DNA of 63,769 nt, filler included, from Folioceros fuciformis (Eukaryota): assembly GCA_049999805.1 (NCBI GenBank). It is 6 parts of 6 records of this genome, joined end to end, with 100 filler letters (N's around TTAATTAATTAA, not from the genome) between each part and the next. Parts side by side here need not be neighbours in the genome. Positions count along the whole stretch, not along the records: positions 1 to 31,229 come from JBNGIO010001855.1; positions 31,330 to 46,520 come from JBNGIO010001856.1; 4 more parts are not named here. One strand, 5' to 3'. This document shows, in pieces, positions 25,358 through 36,969 of the stretch (position 1 is its first letter; each line of letters opens with the position of its first letter). The notes beneath the pieces were generated by a model. The model did no database searches and was not told where the DNA came from. It was given only the letters and a program-made list of their open reading frames with translations. The position numbers were made by a program, and so were the translations under genes.

Positions 25358-25960
25358 GTCGGTGGGTGATACAATGCAGTACATCACCCGGGTTGGCTGC
25401 TGCAACGGAAGCCTCTTTGGAGGAGAACACAGAAAGTCTCACGGCCCCGTTTATCGGACATGACCTCAACGCAATAGCTGATGTCCTCCTCCTCCCCATC
25501 CAGATGTTAAACATCATCTCCTCCCCGTTGTGACTGGAATCAGCAAAAGACCCGGAAGTGGTAGGGGCATGATGAACAAGGCCTTAGAGGAGGGGGGGCG
25601 TTAGGCATTCTTTGCGTAGATGCCTGTGATGAATGCACCAAATCAACTTGACAATATGTCTGCCAGATGAACAAAGTACTTCCCCAACTGCTCCCACAGA
25701 CCTCTCATATGTCCTCTTCCTACTGCCCTTCGTCCCCCGTAGGAACAAGCCGTAAACCAACTGTTCAGTGTCTGTACTGGGACCCCGGATGCATTCCTTC
25801 ACAACCACGCACGGCCACAGCACCAAACAAAAACCGCCCAGATCGGATATGTGTGTACATCCACCAGGTGTCTTTACCCTTACGCAGATCGAATAGACCC
25901 AATTAGCTTTATATACCTATACACATGATGAAAGACGAAAAAAGCTCGGAGGCAATAAAT

Positions 25961-26707
25961 TCACGCCCTGAAAAGCGCCGTTCCGATTCGGGAAAACCCC
26001 GCCTCATGGGAGCTCGACGAGATACCTGATCCTAAACGCTGAAAATCGGTGCACACCGCAGGCTTGGGCTTGGGACCTTGGTAAGCTTCGCAAACGAATC
26101 TGGCCACGTCCAAGTACTCGTCAAGCAGAGGTGTCCCGTTCACCAGCACCCAGGGCACATAGCGGTGAGGCGGATTCAAGCTGTCCGTCTCCTGCGCACA
26201 TTGCAGCTCCAACTGCGCTCCCAAAGGTCCCAGAAAGCACTCTACCAGAGGACGAAGGTCCAGACCGGACGGCTCCACGCAGCTGGTCCACTGCTCGTAG
26301 GCCACCGCGCCGTCCAGAGCCTCCAAGCAGAAGACGAAGGGAAACCACTGGAACACGTCCGGCCACAGGCTGATGGCGCAGGTCTGGATCACGTTCAAGC
26401 GACACTCGTCCTCCCCGTGCTGGCAGATCATGGAGCCATCATCGTAGATATGCGCGTTGCCGTAAGGGATGATCCGCAGATCCACGACGTCTATGAGGCC
26501 GTTCTCGAAGAATTTGCTCAGGTAGTTCACGATGAAGTTTCTGCAGTAAGGGCAGAGGGACTCCGAATACATCTCCACCAAAACCTTGCCGTCTCCTCCC
26601 GAGCTGTGTAGGACCGAGGCTTCAGAAACCGCGGACGCCAGTTGCGCAGTAGCAAGAAGGAGGAATAGCAGAATCTGGCGGGATTCGACCCGCACCGCCA
26701 TCGCCAT
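25961..26707 (-). CDS. GILT: Gamma-interferon-inducible lysosomal thiol reductase-like protein, intronless
   Basis: Signal peptide, YSESLCPYC (CxxC), PYGNA, CQHGEDECRLN signature and YVPWVLVNG. Confidence 0.93.
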   Translation of the reverse strand: MAMAVRVESRQILLFLLLATAQLASAVSEASVLHSSGGDGKVLVEMYSESLCPYCRNFIVNYLSKFFENGLIDVVDLRIIPYGNAHIYDDGSMICQHGEDECRLNVIQTCAISLWPDVFQWFPFVFCLEALDGAVAYEQWTSCVEPSGLDLRPLVECFLGPLGAQLELQCAQETDSLNPPHRYVPWVLVNGTPLLDEYLDVARFVCEAYQGPKPKPAVCTDFQRLGSGISSSSHEAGFSRIGTALFRA

Positions 26708-29015
26708 CAGAGCTGGCGAATGTGACGGACGGACGGCTGGTAACTCTGGGCCCCGTCTGGTTATCATGTACACTTGGAGGACAGAGTTGTGCAAGCTGAA
26801 GTCCAAATTGGACGAATGAGGATGTACACAGAGGAACGCAGACCTACCACAAAGAAGGTGGAGGAACGACGGGGGTGAAGGGCCGTGAAAGAGCTAGAGG
26901 AAAACCGTAGCATGTAAAACTTTGCACATTTAAATGAGTGTTGCATTTCGTAATAATAAACTTTGGAGCTGATGGAAACTAACATGAAATTCACAAGAGT
27001 AGAGCTTGAAAGACGGGAACTAAGGTGAGGATTCTTCACTCCAAGATAAGTGGATCTAAGGTGGGGATTCTTCGCTGAGGTGCGTTTTGTCCGGATGGGT
27101 CTTTCAAAAGTAGAATCCTTGCACATTCTTGGGGTTTATGTAGAACAGCTTACGTCCATCTTAGATGTTATTTTACACAGATTTTTAGGAATTATGCCCA
27201 TAGCTCCATGTGTCTAAAGAGCAAAGGGATGAAAACATGCCGTCCTACAAGGGAGAATACTTATGGCTTTATGGCTTTAGTACTTGCACAACCCTCCACA
27301 GATCATGGAATCAACTACTCAAACCTATCCCTCTCTCTGAAAAAATAGGTCAACTCTAATTGAAACCCCATTGCACAAAGGATACGAACGCTCCCTCTGC
27401 GGAAGAAAAAACAAGCCCTAGAGAACGTGACATCTTGAGCTGCATCATGGGTACCAATGTGATGCCCCCCAATGGGACAATGTGCTATATGGTACTCTCT
27501 GTCGACAATGGCAATCCCACAACTATATGTAGAGAGAGAAAAAGCTAAGGGGTGGACCAAACATAATCGGAATATCATCACGACGGCGAAAGTTGCTAGT
27601 GCAATTTGAAACGCTTAGATGTAACGTCCAGCCAAGAGCCAACTCCTTTACCTTAACAAGAGCAAATATAGGCCTGAGAAAGTCTAGGGATGGATGAGTC
27701 CAAGAGAAGAGCTATTAGTGTCTGGCCATATGCTTTTCAAAGGGCGAGGCTTGAAGACCCCTCAACCCTTCTCTAGAAAAAGGAGGTCAAAGGGCTGAGG
27801 TCTCACAAGCCTCAAAAGGTGAAGGATCCCTCACTTGCCTATGAGACATATGTAAGGAAAACAACTCTTCTTAACACCTAAGATATAATATTCAAAAAGA
27901 GGACAATCCTTGAGCAAAAAATGAGAGGACAAAATTGCAGCCTTCCTCGATATACTTTGCCCAACTTCGAAGGCATCTAGTAAGGAAGCCTACTTCTGGA
28001 CCATATCACCAACGGCACACTCGAAGGGTGCCATGACATATGATATTCCCAGGCACTTCGTAACCTGATTGCCAAACTTTCTAAGACTTGAAAAAAATTA
28101 GAGAAGGTGCAACAATTCTAATAAGGTAACTTGGTTGTCGTGCAAAGCAAGATGAAAGAATACAAAATGCAATATGAGGGTCATTGATCTTCAAGATTTT
28201 TTTTTTTTGCCTTTGAGCAGTCTCGCAGAGCTCCATATTATTATGTTTTAGTAATGCCACAAGCTACCTGTGCTCTGCTGATGACTAGTAGTGTATATCG
28301 AGTCTTCTGGTCTATTGTACTACATACATGTATGTGCCGTTTTATACCATGTGTTGTATATGAGAATGAACGGATAATATTTTCGTGTGTATACCATGGC
28401 ATATACAAAATAGGAAGTATATAATGGTTTATACATGAACATAGTATATCGTCCATGTCATGTTGTACCACTAAGCATGGCACTCATGCATGGTTCATAA
28501 GTTAACAATACTCACACAATGCCACATTACACACATGCTCTATTACACAATTTTTGTCATTTCGATCTCATTAATTTTTTATTTGGAAGTGCTCTTTTTT
28601 ACTAAGGGTAGAAATACTTTTTTTTTACTAAAAGTTCATTTCCGATTATGCACATGTAACATATTTCTTCATCTCTTTTGACTCATTTTCATTTTGTAAA
28701 AATGAGGATAGCAAAGTTCTCATGTTGCTTATGTTCATCGTCATTATAAATTCTTCTTGCCACATTAATCTAATTAATAATATCTAGTTTTAGCTCAAAT
28801 AAATGTTAGTTTTTCTTAATATATTTTCTTGATATAACTCATAGTGTTATATATATTCTTGATACTTGAAGTGAAAATTGGTTCAATACAAGGTTCAAGG
28901 ATAGGTGGTCAATCAGGTGCTCTTTTTGCCGCAAATTGAGAAATGGTAAGAACCTATATCTTCACCTATGTGCTAAACAAACAAAGTGTTTGTCAAATTT
29001 GGGTTTTGGGTTCAT

Positions 29016-29105
29016 CACTTGAAATTCCATACTATATCTTTGTTTACATTCTATACACAACACTTGAAATTCCATACTATATCTTTGTTTACATTCTATA
29101 CACAA
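29016..29105. repeat. Perfect 45-bp tandem duplication
   Basis: cacttgaaattccatactatatctttgtttacattctatacacaa at 29016-29060 and 29061-29105. Confidence 0.95.
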
Positions 29106-31107
29106 TATTTCTAAGGTAATGGCCCTAATGGTACATTTGAGTTTCTTTATAGAAGAGGAGAACAATTGTCATTTAGAAGTCATTAGTGGGGTGAAAGCAT
29201 TCAGCAAGTTTTCAATTCAAAGCTTTGAATGCACACATTTCTTTGGTAATAATCTATTATCATTGCAGTGATTGTGTGAGAATATTCTAAGAAACTAGCA
29301 CAATTTGGCTCAATCAAATTCTCAACCTTACCCTATGCTGCTAAGGAACCAACTATGTTGCCAAATCTCATCATCATGTCGAAGTTGTTTTTATTTTATT
29401 TTTCCTATTTTGTGCTATTTCGAAGTTTTCTAGTCGGACAATAAATAAATAAATGGGTTTCAAATTGCTTACGCCATGTCCTAAATCCATGTCGGATTTT
29501 CGTTAGAGCAAGGACCCTAGAGCATCTTTGGATACTTGGGTGGAGGCATGAGAGGATTAATATATGCATTTGCAATTAATACAAGTGTTGTTGGACATTA
29601 TTCTAATTACACCATGTAAGAACAATGGTCAATGGAGTGTAACAACTGAGGAGTAATGGGAGTGTAACTTAGTGAAGCAACATAAACTCTACTTTGCTGC
29701 AGACTATTTAGAATGGGTAGGTAGATTGTTGGAAGAATACACCCCATATATGTGAGTGCTTTGGACCTCAACCACCTCTTCGTACTGTCATTTCTATTAC
29801 ACTTTTCTACCGCCTTCTTAGTGCCTTGCATTCCAGTCTTCAACCATCTACAAGTCCTCATGCTCCTTCTCCATCATTTTCTTCCCCAATGTTTCTCTCC
29901 TTTGGTGGTGTTAGACCAACAGTAGTTAAGAACATAGCAACAACAGCCGCCATCACCAACATAGCAACAACAGCCAACAACGTGATGGCGGCGACAAAAT
30001 TCATGGTGATTTGTCAATGATGAGGCTAGCAACCCTTGAAAGCTCATGGAGGCTAACATTTAGGCGCACACCTACGCCAACTTCACTGACTAAAGGGTGG
30101 GGAGGACTCGGTGGAGTAGTGGAACTTGGGCATTTTCTAGGCCTTTTGGATTATTAAGACTACGGCTCCAATCCAATAGTTTGCATGAAATTTTGCTGGC
30201 TTGCATGGAGGGGACGATGTGCTCCAGGAAAAACTAGAACAACCCCATGCTTTGAACAATGCAAATGATGAGAGAAGTCTATGAGTGAGAGTAAAAGGAG
30301 AAGCAATGGCACTACCTAGGTGCCCACCATGTTAAGAAGCTTGATTAAGGAGGCAAAGAAGGCTCTTCTTTCCCAAGGAGCATTACAAACCTCAACTAGT
30401 TGATTAATGCATACCATCGCAAGCCTTCGATTTCAGTCAACAGCTAAACTGCCTCCAAATTTGATTAGTGGCTAAATTGATTGTGCATTGGACAATAGTT
30501 AATAAGTGGTTTAAAAGAAGCACCACTTGGTAAATGATGTCTCCCTTCTACTTTGCAAACTAGTCCAGGGTAACCCATTCGGCTCGGGCAAAGTAATTGC
30601 CTAATGAATGAAAAAGGAGGTGAAAGGGCTTGGGCATGAGAATCACCTGCCATTGGGGCTAGCTCGATTTAGGTATCTTGTGTGTGGACATTTAAATGCC
30701 TTCGGTAGGAGAAGCACTTGCCATTGGCGTTGGCTCAATTTGGCTATCATATGTGTGGACATTTAAATGCTTGATTGCTATAAAATTAGATGGAAAAAAA
30801 ATCCTAAATTTTTTTTTTTTTTCCCAAAAGCAATAGGATTGAAGAGGATTAGCATAAGCCATGGTGTATAAAGCTACCACCAATATCTAATATATAATAA
30901 TTTGGAGTTAAAAGGGGTTAAGAATAGTCAACTTCATGTAACCCATAACTTATTTTCTGTTACTGAAAAAGAAATGGAAAGTCCAATCTTCTCCAAAGAT
31001 TGGAGGAACAACCTAAGCAAGGTTAAAGGCCAAAAGGAGTATTGGCCCCATTGAACATCATTGCTCCTAAAAGGAGCACTAGCGCCTTCAAACATTGTTC
31101 TTAAAAA

Positions 31108-31202
31108 CTACCTACTGCTCCTAAAATGTTAAGATATAGAATAACTTGTGCTTGGCTACCTACTACTCCTAAAATGTTAAGATATAGAATAACTTGTGCT
31201 TG
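31108..31202. repeat. Tandem duplication with 48-bp period (1 mismatch)
   Basis: ctacctact(g/a)ctcctaaaatgttaagatatagaataacttgtgcttg, two copies. Confidence 0.9.
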
Positions 31203-31229
31203 TTGTTGTTCTAAAGTTAGCGTTGGTCT

Positions 31230-31329
31230 NNNNNNNNNNNNNNNNNNNNNNNNNNNNNNNNNNNNNNNNNNNNTTAATTAATTAANNNNNNNNNNNNNNN
31301 NNNNNNNNNNNNNNNNNNNNNNNNNNNNN
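31230..31329. other. Artificial contig-join linker
   Basis: N44-TTAATTAATTAA-N44, with stops in all six frames. Confidence 0.97.
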
Positions 31330-31666
31330 GAGGGAGGACTGTCCTGTTTTAGGCCCATCCAAGTAGCTTGCGTGTCACAGCAATACCAAGCTCTCTTCGA
31401 TTCTTTAAAAGCCTCGGACGTCGCAGGTCTTCGAATACAAGCTGGACACGAGCAACATGCTCCAAAAATCGTCCACCTGTCGAATCCGTTTACAGGCGCT
31501 CAAACAACGAAAACTATAATTCTTGAGTTAGAATATAAAGGAACAGCCCAATCAGACATGTTCTTCTTAAAATAACTTTGGCAGCGAGGTACCAAAAGGC
31601 GCTGCTTGCATTTGCTTCGTGCTCTCTCTAAGTTACAGGATGCCGGTTGCTGAGACAGCAACAATG

Positions 31667-34600
31667 CTAATTTGCAAGTTTTGCGGGGGCAGTACAAAGA
31701 TACTGAAGGAGGTAGTTGTTAGCGGAGCAAGCCGTACCCAAGTCCTCGTGCAACCTTGCCAGCGCTTTTTGCAGGCTCCTCAAGGAGGGTAAAAGCTTGG
31801 TGTTGCGTAACTGGATGCTCCTGCCGTGGGCCAGGCACAACTCCTGCGTTTCCGTGTCACAGACAGGAAGACGTGATTAGGCACGGCAGCAGAGGGGACC
31901 AGGCCTCGCCAAGCTGAGCTGCTCTTTCGAGCAAATGCAAGGAGCTAGGTGAGAGGAACCAACCTGACTCCAGCGTAATATAAACTCCAAATGTGGTGAT
32001 CTCTCCAGGTGTTCTGCTAACGTAGTGAACATAGTTGCAAGATAGGCGTGGGGTATGGACTTCACAACTGAAGATAGATCCGCAAGTTGTACTGACTCAA
32101 TACACGTCCAGATGAGACCGGGTTCGTTCAACCGGAGAGCAAGTCTTAGTGCTCTTCCACTTTCCTTGCCTTCCAAAGCTGCCTTGATGGCCTGCATGGA
32201 AAGTTTACCAAGTCAGTTTGCGGTGGGTTGACCATCAACAAGGCACAGCGACCTCTTCCAGCAAATCGCAATACCTCCGGTGTCACATCTATATCAAGGT
32301 CACTGGGATCAAATATATAATTGTCATCCATGGAATACACAATCAGCCCCTCAGTAGTTGCTGCTGTCCATGACCTCCCAGTTGGACTCAATTTGATGCT
32401 TTTCACTCGTGCTATAGGCCTTCCATGGTTTAAATCCGTGCCTGGCAGGCCATAACTCTGAGTCCCTCGAGTATGGAAACTGATTCCGCCCTCCCTATCA
32501 CTGTCATAGTCATCGATCAAGTCAATTGGCCCAGCACTCGTCATTCTCTTGGAATTCAATACATCTAGTACTCCATCTAAGGAGTAATTGTGTGTTATTT
32601 GAAACCTTTGAAGCAGGACCTGCACATCAACAGTACTTCAGTGTCTCCAGCCTGATGATGCCCTGCAGACATTTGATAGTGCACTGAACCACGATTCAAC
32701 CCACACCAAAATGATCAACGGGGATAAAGGGACAGACCTTGTCTTTCACATCATACATACAGATATACTTGCTGGTACCTCCAGCCAAAATATAAGCTCC
32801 ATCAGCAGAATAACATAATGTCGTGAAGCATTTCCCAGAGGTCGTGTTGGCCGCAGTTCTCCGATCTCCCATAAGTCTCCCCCCAGCCACATCACGCCGT
32901 CCTACAATGCTGCCAGTTTGCAACCCTTCTACGGGGTCCCAGAAATCTATTGCCCCGTTCAGAGTAGTGGCAGCAATTTCCTTTCCATCCGGTCGATATG
33001 CTACAGCCAGCACCTCATGAGTGTGCACAAATTTCTCCACCCCACTCTTGTCTTTAGAGACATCCCATAGTCGAATCGTTTTGTCCCATGAGGCAGATGC
33101 TAGCAATTTCTGCACAGGAATTGACACACAGCCATACAGCATAAGACCATAAACCCAAGGTTTTCAATGCTGCAATGAGGAGCACTCTTCTGCTGAACAA
33201 CAAGCGTGACCTACATGGACGAGCTTATTCATAGCATGAAAAGCACGTACAATAACAATTCCATGTCTCTACAGCCAAGGGCCGGGCATGACGGATTACT
33301 TGTGTGGGAGAAAACGCAAGCCCAGGTACTGGACCTTCATGACCGCTGAGAACATCTAGTATTCTCCCAGTCTTCATTGACCATATAAAGATCTGCAAGG
33401 AAATGAACTTGAGCTCTAAACTTGCTGTTTGAATTTATCCAAGGCATAATAGTTGCAAGGAATATGAAAATTCCCTAAACCCTGCAGCCTGTCAAAAGAA
33501 GATGGACGCCAGTACAAGAAAAATGAGGAGAAGACTGGCAACAGCACCTGAAAAGACTCCACGGTGCCAGCACAAATCATCTCCCCACTTGGATCGGTAG
33601 CTAATGAGGAGAACTGAGTGGGAGTTGGTGTAGTAAACGTTCGAAAGTTCCTGTACCTAACAAGATCCCAGGCACGAACTGTGCCGTCCATTGAAGCACT
33701 CACAACCACATTATTCCCGGGTAGAAATAAAACATCTGTAATCGCATTCGTGTGCTCAGTGAATGTTACGAAGCAGGATCCAGAAGAAGGATTCCAGATC
33801 TGCGGCCAAAAGAACAGAGGAAAACAAAATCAGATCACCCACATTTCAATGTCCTGCCCTCGTACATGAATTGCTCAGACCATCCACATCCCAACAGCTG
33901 TAGGCTCCACAAGTACAAACCTTCAGCTTATTGTCGTCTGCACCAGAGGCAAGAAACTGCGAATCTGGAGAGTAGCTCACACAGTTCACATCATAGTAGT
34001 GCCCCTGCTGCTTCCAAACATACGTTTCAGAGCGCCACTCCCATACCAACAGCTGTCCCAACTTTGCAGATCCAAAACCCAGCCAGTTTCCCGTAGTATT
34101 AAATACTGCTGCTGTGATTTTCTGCTGAGATATTGAAAGTACGTGAATGCAGTTGAAATCTGGCATCTCGTACAGTCCAAAAATACCTGTGGAGAAGCAA
34201 GCAACCAGGAGATTCAACCCTTCATGATAGGAACAAGCCGTCACTTTGGCAGATTGCATGAAGAAATCCTTCTTCAACAGCTCCCACCGTCCTCCCTTCA
34301 AGGACAGAGAAGGCGCTTTCGTACGCCCATCACTTTCCACAAAGGGCACGACTGCAGTGCTCAGGCTTGCTACGGCCGTCTCCTCTGAACCGTTCCCTTT
34401 CTCCCCACGTTCATCGAGACCCGAGGCGGGAGTTTCAAGCGCCTCCCCCTTCTGCCTCTTCCTCCTGCTTCCCTCCAAAATACGGTCGACCGATCCATTC
34501 GGTGCATCCGTCCCTTGGGACAGATGATACCTCCAGCTAAACACCGCCCCATCTCGGGAAACCGTGTAGAAATTCAGCCACTCGCCTACTCCTGGTGCGG

Positions 34601-35192
34601 ACCCCTTCCCCCCAAAAAAAACCCCCACCAAACCATCACGGTGCCCGGACAAGCTGACTGGGGGCAAATGCTCCTCCTTGCTCACAAAGAAAAGCCGAGC
34701 TATGTGATCCCTAGACCCTGCAATGATCCACTGCCCATCAGAGCTCCAATCCAAGCAGGTGACGGTGTCGTGGGAATAGGCTAATGTCCGGAGCAGCGCA
34801 AAAGGAGCAAACTCCTTCCGAAACCCGGGAGTGCGCCAAATCTGCACCAAACTGCCAACTCCCACGGCGAAACGAGTGCCGTCCGGGCTGAACTTCAAAG
34901 CCGACACGGGGCCCTTGAAGGAGAAGTGATGCAGCACAACCCGCCTGGGTAAGTTCACAAGCAGAGACCTTCCTTCGTCATCGATCGAAAGCAGCAAAGT
35001 TCCGTCAGGAGACACAGCGATTCTCACAATATTCCTGGCATTCTCGAAGGGAAGCGTGATAGTCTCAGATTTTTCCAGATCCGTTAGGGACACCCTGTTG
35101 CCAACTGGAGAAAGAAGCTTCGTGTTGTCCAGCAGCAACAGGTTACCGCCTCTGTAGGGGGCTCCCAGCAAATTCACAAACTTGAAGTTCAT
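31667..35192 (-). CDS. PWP2: Periodic tryptophan protein 2 (WD40, SSU processome UTP-B)
   Basis: Starts MNFKFVNLLGAPYRGGN, then GQLLVWEWRSETYVWKQQGH, SMDGTVRAWDLVRYRNFRTF, LQRFQITHNYSLDG and a Utp12-type C-terminus (ALRLNEP...SPHLEF), ending APAKLAN*. Confidence 0.96.
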
Positions 35193-35264
35193 CGCTTCCA
35201 GACCCGGAGTCTCAGACTCCGTGTACAATTAACAGATAGATGTAGACGGTAGACTCTTGGTATC

Positions 35265-35311
35265 AGGGTTTATTTAAACATCTTAGGGCTTTGGTTTGGG
35301 TTCAGGGTTTA
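35265..35311 (-). promoter_or_regulatory. Telo-box-like motifs (AAACCCTGA twice, AGCCCTAA) upstream of PWP2
   Basis: Near-consensus motifs 70-120 bp upstream of the ATG. Telo-boxes are typical of plant ribosome-biogenesis genes. Confidence 0.4.
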
Positions 35312-35380
35312 TATGTATACAGATGTTACGAGATAGAAAACACCACAGCAAGTTTGCACACTTTTCCATAGGAAGCGCAA

Positions 35381-35440
35381 TCGGTTTGATATACCAGCAA
35401 GCTTGAACTCTCGGTTTGATATACCAGCAAGCTTGAACTC
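35381..35440. repeat. Perfect 30-bp tandem duplication
   Basis: tcggtttgatataccagcaagcttgaactc, two copies. A 15-bp duplication (gcaaaataatggtaa) follows at ~35527-35559. Confidence 0.95.
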
Positions 35441-36057
35441 CTTACTTAAGGATGGAACGTTGAAATACCAATGCTGAGAGTGAGGTACAAGCTCAAAACT
35501 TTGAAGATAGAAGATCTAAACTCTTGGCAAAATAATGGTAAGCAAAATAATGGTAAGCACCTACAACAGCTTTCAACACAGCTTCATCAAAAATCTGCTT
35601 TGTTAGGCACCTCCAACAACATTCAGTGAAGCTTATTAGAAAATCTGTTTCCTACTCCTCCTTAGGTTAGAAATCAACTAGATAAGATGACCAAGTTGCA
35701 TGATGACTGTGGACAACACCAAGATAGTGGATCAATTCCACAATCTTAGCAATTTACCTTGCAAAGTGCTAATAAATCAGTCTATGAAAATGACAGCCAG
35801 ACAAGACAAGTAGGATCTATCATTGAACTACTCCACAACTATGCTTGTGAGGATATCCACTAAGCATACGTATGTCACACCTAGTGTCTGTGTCTGGTAA
35901 CAACCAAGTTTGGAATGAAATTCTCTTCAGAAATATCCATTGCGTGCATGGGGCACGAAAGACCGTGGTAAACTTAATTATATACGTATGTACTAAGTCC
36001 AAAAAGTTCCTCGTCTAATTCGGACACTCCAATCTCACGCTCCCCGGACCACGGCGT

Positions 36058-36066
36058 AAACCCTAG
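36058..36066 (+). promoter_or_regulatory. Telo-box (AAACCCTAG) upstream of ISD11
   Basis: About 80 bp upstream of ATG 36147. Confidence 0.4.
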
Positions 36067-36146
36067 AGCGGGGTGGCGGTTGGTCGTGTCACCCTGCGCT
36101 CGCGAGTGGTTTTGAGTGTGGTTTTGTCTGGAACGCGGAGGTCAGT

Positions 36147-36407
36147 ATGTCTTCGCCGCCAGCGTTGTATCGAGCTCTGTTGCGGGAGGCGAGCAAATTC
36201 TCCAACTATAACGTGCGGGAGTACATAAAGAGGAGGAGTCGGGAGGGATTCGTGGCGAATAGGCATCTACAGGATGAGAAGCAGCTGGAACAGGCCGTTC
36301 AGTTCGGCAAGCAACAGCTGGAGATTGCGAAGCGGCAAGCTGTCATCTACAACCTTTACGCTTCCCGAGTGAAGAGTATCATGGACCTGGACGTTGCCAC
36401 TGCATGA
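36147..36407 (+). CDS. ISD11: LYR-motif protein ISD11/LYRM4 (partner of mitochondrial cysteine desulfurase)
   Basis: 86 aa with LYRALLREASKFSNYNVREYIKRRSREGF...KRQAVIYNLY. Confidence 0.9.
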   Translation: MSSPPALYRALLREASKFSNYNVREYIKRRSREGFVANRHLQDEKQLEQAVQFGKQQLEIAKRQAVIYNLYASRVKSIMDLDVATA

Positions 36408-36969
36408 TTTGATGGTGGCTCATCCTGGTATGCTGTGATCGTGTGCATTTCCGATTGGGTTTTGAATAAATTGCCGCCTGTGTTTCTCAGCTCCGCAATC
36501 TTGCCGAGATTATTACAGCTTGCTGTCGCGGGATGCCGGTCAGGAGCGCTTTGGCCAAGTTTGATGTAGTGGATCTGTTGTAATGCTATCAAGCTTTTGT
36601 ACAAGTATATAATAAAGGCCATTCTCGGATTGTCGTTTGGTTAGGGGAGAGGTGGAACCGAGGGAATCCTGTGCCCATCGAATCGCGGATCCACTCACGG
36701 GACAAGCGGCAGCAACGGCAAAACGAAGCAAGGACGCCAACCAAGCCATGTGACTGCAGCAGCAACAATAGGAAGACGAGATGAATCGAGGTTCAAGTCT
36801 TGAGACGTTTATCGCCTGTTGGTAAGAATATGGAGCATTGCAGGAAACGGGCCGTATTTGGATGCACCTTCTTGGAGTTTCATAGAAAGTGTACACGAGG
36901 AGTTGTTATTGTATGTAACGCATGTAACATCCTTATCCGAGTTTATAAGTGTGAAGAGAATGGGGGGTT

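Larger units (their letters stand above)
26900..31229. other. AT-rich gene-poor block, probably decayed transposon-derived DNA
   Basis: Sharp GC drop, no recognisable ORF and several local duplications. No TE family could be assigned. Confidence 0.45.

Noticed and set aside
31274-31285. TTAATTAATTAA as a regulatory palindrome or CRISPR-like repeat
   Set aside because: It is always centred in N-runs and is a synthetic spacer.
35330-35800. Semi-open minus-strand frame between PWP2 and ISD11
   Set aside because: It has multiple stops and no recognisable domain.
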